A stretch of DNA of 61,712 bases, from positions 1 to 61,712 of the forward strand of contig CAMTVD010000008.1 of the NCBI GenBank assembly GCA_947085095.1, read 5' to 3'. This DNA comes from an uncultured Thermus sp. (lineage in GTDB: Bacteria > Deinococcota > Deinococci > Deinococcales > Thermaceae). This document shows positions 58,829 to 61,712 of this stretch, in pieces. Each line of letters starts with the position of its first letter. Position 1 is the stretch's first letter. A model generated the notes under the pieces. The model was not told the origin of the DNA. It was given only the letters and a program-made list of their open reading frames with translations, and did not search any database. The position numbers were made by a program, and so were the translations under genes.

Positions 58829-59034
58829 CCCTCTATCTCCAGCGTCCCGGCTTCCGCTTGGAAGCCCGTTTGCTTGTGGGTCCCGTCGCAAAAGGGCTTG
58901 TTCCTTGAGCCCCCGCAGCGGCAGAGGGCCAGTTTGGCTTTTTCTAGACGCATCTCCTGGCCGTTCAGCCGGAAGGGGGTGCCTTCTGGCAGGTCCAGGA
59001 CGTAGGGCCCGTTTTCCCGAAAGCGCAGGCGCAT
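58822..59034 (-). CDS. CDGSH iron-sulfur domain protein
   Basis: LCRCGGS.NKPFCDGTH. Confidence 0.92.
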   Translation of the reverse strand: MRLRFRENGPYVLDLPEGTPFRLNGQEMRLEKAKLALCRCGGSRNKPFCDGTHKQTGFQAEAGTLEIEGQ

Positions 59035-59042
59035 GGGTCTAT

Positions 59043-59101
59043 GGTCAAGGGCGAAGGGCCAGGGGTCAAGGGCCTTTGCGGAATCCCCGACCCTTGACCC
59101 C
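59043..59101. repeat. GGTCAAGGG direct and inverted repeats
   Basis: Copies at 59043 and 59064. 11-bp inverted repeat at 59062-59072 and 59091-59101. Confidence 0.7.
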
Positions 59102-59106
59102 AGACC

Positions 59107-60669
59107 TTAATCAAGGTACTCGTACGCCACCAGGGTCAGGAACTCGGTGAACTCCTCGGAAAGGACCAGCCGGTCCAGGATCTCCTCCGCCTCCCGGTAG
59201 CGCTCCTTTTCCCGGCCCCCTAGCTTGGCAAGCTCCTCCTCCTTGATCTGCTGGTAAAGCTCCGGGGTGACGGTGCGGCCGTCCTCCAGCCTGGCCCCCC
59301 GGTGCACCCACTGCCAGAGCTGGGCCCGGCTGATCTCGGCCGTGGCGGCGTCCTCCATGAGGTTGAAGATGGCGGCGGCCCCGTTGCCCAGAAGCCACTG
59401 GTTCAGGTACTGGAGGGCCACGGAGATGTTGTTCCTGAGGCCCGCTTCCGTGACCTTGCCTCCGGGCACCGCGAAGTTCAAGAGGTCCTCCGCCTTCACC
59501 TCCACGTCCTCCCGCTTCACGTGCTTCTGGTGGGGCTTATCCCCCAGGTAGCGGTCAAAGACCTCCATGGCCACGGGCACCAGGTCGGGGTGGGCCACCC
59601 AGGTGCCGTCAAAGCCCTGGGAGGCCTCCCGCTCCTTGTCGGCCCTGACCTGCTGGAAGGCGCGTTCGTTCACCTCGGGGTCCTTGCGGCTCGGGATGAA
59701 GGCGGCCATGCCCCCGATGGCGTGGGCCCCGTGGATGTGGCAGCTCTTCACCAGGAGCTCGGTGTAGGCCTTCATGAAGGGGACGGTCATGGTGACCTGG
59801 GCCCGGTCGGGGAAGATGGGGGCGGTGGTGGCGAACTTCTTGATGCAGCTGAAGATGTAGTCCCACCGCCCGGCGTTGAGCCCGGCGGCGTGCTCCTTGA
59901 GCTCGTAGAGGATCTCCTCCATCTCCAAGGCCGCCAAAATGGTCTCAATGAGCACCGTGGCCCGGATGGTGCCCCGGGGGAGGCCCAGGTAGTCCTGGGC
60001 GAACACGAAGACCTGGTTCCAAAGCCGGGCCTCCAGGTGGCTTTCCAGCTTGGGCAGGTAGAAGTAGGGGCCGCTTCCCCGCCTCAGGAGCTCCTTGGCG
60101 TTGTGGAAGAAGTAGAGGCCGAAGTCAAAAAGGCTCGCCGAGATGGGCTCCCCGTCCACCAGAACGTGCTTTTCCGGAAGGTGCCAGCCCCTTGGGCGCA
60201 CCACCAGGGTGGCCACCTTTTCCTTGAGCCGGTACTCCTTGCCTTCCGGGGAGACGAAGTCTATCTGGCGGCGCACCGCATCATAAAGGTTCTTCTGGCC
60301 CCTTAGGACGTTATCCCAGGTGGGGGAGAGGGCGTCCTCAAAGTCGGCCATGAAGACCTTGGCCCCGGAGTTTAAGGCGTTCACGATCATCTTCCGGTCC
60401 ACGGGGCCGGTGATCTCCACCCGGCGGTCCTGGAGGTCTTCCGGGGCCTCGGCCACCTGCCAGCCTCCTCCCCGCACGAAGGCGGTCTCCTCCAGGAAAC
60501 CCGGCCTCTCCCCGGCCTTGTACCGCTCCCAGAGGGTTTTCCGCCGCTCCAGGAGGGCCTTGCGCACGGGGTTGAACTCCCTTTGCAGGGCCACCACGAA
60601 CCTCAGCGCCTCTTCCGTGAGCACCTCCCCGAGGAGGGGATGGTCCTTGAGGATCTCCACGCCCTTCAT
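59107..60669 (-). CDS. aceB: Malate synthase A
   Basis: [43 protein letters not shown]. Confidence 0.97.
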   Translation of the reverse strand: MKGVEILKDHPLLGEVLTEEALRFVVALQREFNPVRKALLERRKTLWERYKAGERPGFLEETAFVRGGGWQVAEAPEDLQDRRVEITGPVDRKMIVNALNSGAKVFMADFEDALSPTWDNVLRGQKNLYDAVRRQIDFVSPEGKEYRLKEKVATLVVRPRGWHLPEKHVLVDGEPISASLFDFGLYFFHNAKELLRRGSGPYFYLPKLESHLEARLWNQVFVFAQDYLGLPRGTIRATVLIETILAALEMEEILYELKEHAAGLNAGRWDYIFSCIKKFATTAPIFPDRAQVTMTVPFMKAYTELLVKSCHIHGAHAIGGMAAFIPSRKDPEVNERAFQQVRADKEREASQGFDGTWVAHPDLVPVAMEVFDRYLGDKPHQKHVKREDVEVKAEDLLNFAVPGGKVTEAGLRNNISVALQYLNQWLLGNGAAAIFNLMEDAATAEISRAQLWQWVHRGARLEDGRTVTPELYQQIKEEELAKLGGREKERYREAEEILDRLVLSEEFTEFLTLVAYEYLD

Positions 60670-60678
60670 GGTGGCCTG

Positions 60679-60728
60679 AGCCTAAAGGAAAGGGGCGGGG
60701 TTTGTCAATAAGCAGAACGATTTTTCGT
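60679..60728 (-). promoter_or_regulatory. aceB promoter and candidate IclR operator
   Basis: TTGACA-18-TAGGCT. Palindrome ACGA-N4-TCGT at 60717-60728 in an AT-rich spacer. Confidence 0.55.
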
Positions 60729-60766
60729 ATGTTGAAAAATAAACCAGGCCGTGCTACCTTGGGGCC

Positions 60767-61525
60767 ATGCCCAGGCCCAGGGAAAAGGGTGCCGAAGGGG
60801 TGAGGACCCTGGAGCGGGGGCTTCAGGTCCTCGAGGCCCTAGCCAGCCTGGGGGAGGCGGGGCTGGGGGGGCTCGCCCGGGCCACGGGGTTTTCCAAGAG
60901 CACCCTCTACCGCCTCCTCCAGACCCTGGCCCACAGGGGGTTCGTGGAGGAGGGGGAAGGGGTCTACCGGGTGGGCCCCCGGGCCTTCGCCGTGGGCCAG
61001 GCCTACCCCAAGCGGAACCTCCTGCAGGCGGCGCGGCCGGAGATGGAGGCCCTGGCCGAGGAGCTGGGGGAGAGCGTGAACCTGGCGGTGATGGCGGGCC
61101 TCGAGGCCCTCTACCTGGACCAGGTGGAGGGGAAGAAGCTGGTCCGCCTCTTCACCGCCCCCGGGAGCCGCGCCCCCCTCCACGCCACGGGGGTGGGGAA
61201 GGTCCTCCTGGCCTACCGGGGGGTGCCCGAGGGGCTTCTCCTGGAGGCCTACACCCCCCATACCCTCACCTGCCGGGAGGCCCTTCTAGAGGAGCTGAAG
61301 CGGGTTCGGGCCCAGGGCTACGCCCTGGACAACGAGGAGAAGGAGCTGGGGGTGCGGTGCGTGGCCGCCCCCGTCTTCGGCCCCGGGGGGGAGGTGGTGG
61401 CGGCCCTCTCCCTCTCCGCCCCCGCAAGCCGCCTCTCCCCCGAGGAGGCCCACCGCCTGGCGCCTAAGGTGGTGGCGGCTGCCCAAAAAGCTTCCTTGCG
61501 CCTTGGCTTCACAGGGTCTGTATAA
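60767..61525 (+). CDS. iclR: IclR-family transcriptional regulator
   Basis: KSTLYRLL HTH, PLHATGVGK, GYALD.EE...GVRCVAAP. Divergent from aceB. Confidence 0.92.
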   Translation: MPRPREKGAEGVRTLERGLQVLEALASLGEAGLGGLARATGFSKSTLYRLLQTLAHRGFVEEGEGVYRVGPRAFAVGQAYPKRNLLQAARPEMEALAEELGESVNLAVMAGLEALYLDQVEGKKLVRLFTAPGSRAPLHATGVGKVLLAYRGVPEGLLLEAYTPHTLTCREALLEELKRVRAQGYALDNEEKELGVRCVAAPVFGPGGEVVAALSLSAPASRLSPEEAHRLAPKVVAAAQKASLRLGFTGSV

Positions 61526-61566
61526 TGAAAAGGGTTAGGAGGCTTTAGCGGGAGGGGCTAAGGGCC

Positions 61567-61712
61567 ATGGACAAGGACCGACCCGTCTACGTGATCTCGG
61601 TAGCGGCGGAGCTTTTGGAGATGCACCCCCAGACCCTGCGGCTTTACGAGCGGAAGGGGCTCATCAAGCCCAGGCGGTCCGGGGGGAAGACCAGGCTTTA
61701 CTCCGAGCGGGA
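61567..61712 (+). CDS. MerR-family (HspR-like) regulator, 5' part only
   Basis: [33 protein letters not shown] at 61521-61526. Runs off the window. Confidence 0.85.
   Translation, partial: MDKDRPVYVISVAAELLEMHPQTLRLYERKGLIKPRRSGGKTRLYSER

Noticed and set aside
56894..58891. 665-aa ORF suggesting a large fusion
   Set aside because: The upstream part is antisense to the radical SAM gene. The kinase starts at 57736.

Overview
High-GC chromosomal window from a Thermus species, judged from MutS, CutA, SdrP, TmrAB and RraA sequences that closely resemble Thermus proteins I recognise. It is almost all core genome. It starts in the 3' end of a 16S rRNA gene that terminates at once, unlinked from 23S. 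It then carries Nudix, meaB, ridA, a Ser/Thr kinase with an RHH regulator, murA, frameshifted prfB, phoU with a two-component pair, sdrP, cutA and gyrA. Next come aroQ, tmrBA, folC, peptide and branched-chain amino acid ABC systems, glnA, a sulfite oxidase module, mutSL and htrA. The last part holds a double-TAXI TRAP transporter, wecB/wecA/upp, a radical SAM gene, aceB, iclR and the start of a MerR/HspR regulator. I saw no CRISPR array, tRNA, prophage or intact IS. The main non-routine signals are: (1) the palindrome CCTCGAGG occurs about 40 times while TCGA is otherwise nearly absent; (2) a histidine kinase that may be a chimera joined at its H-box; (3) three hollowed-out gene remnants (nucleotidyltransferase, purU, Uma2) that keep only their ends; (4) a Gly-to-Glu change in the glutamine synthetase flap loop, plus a glnA leader hairpin; (5) many leaderless genes and symmetric bidirectional -10 promoters. 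All counts and family calls were made by eye or from memory, not by database search.
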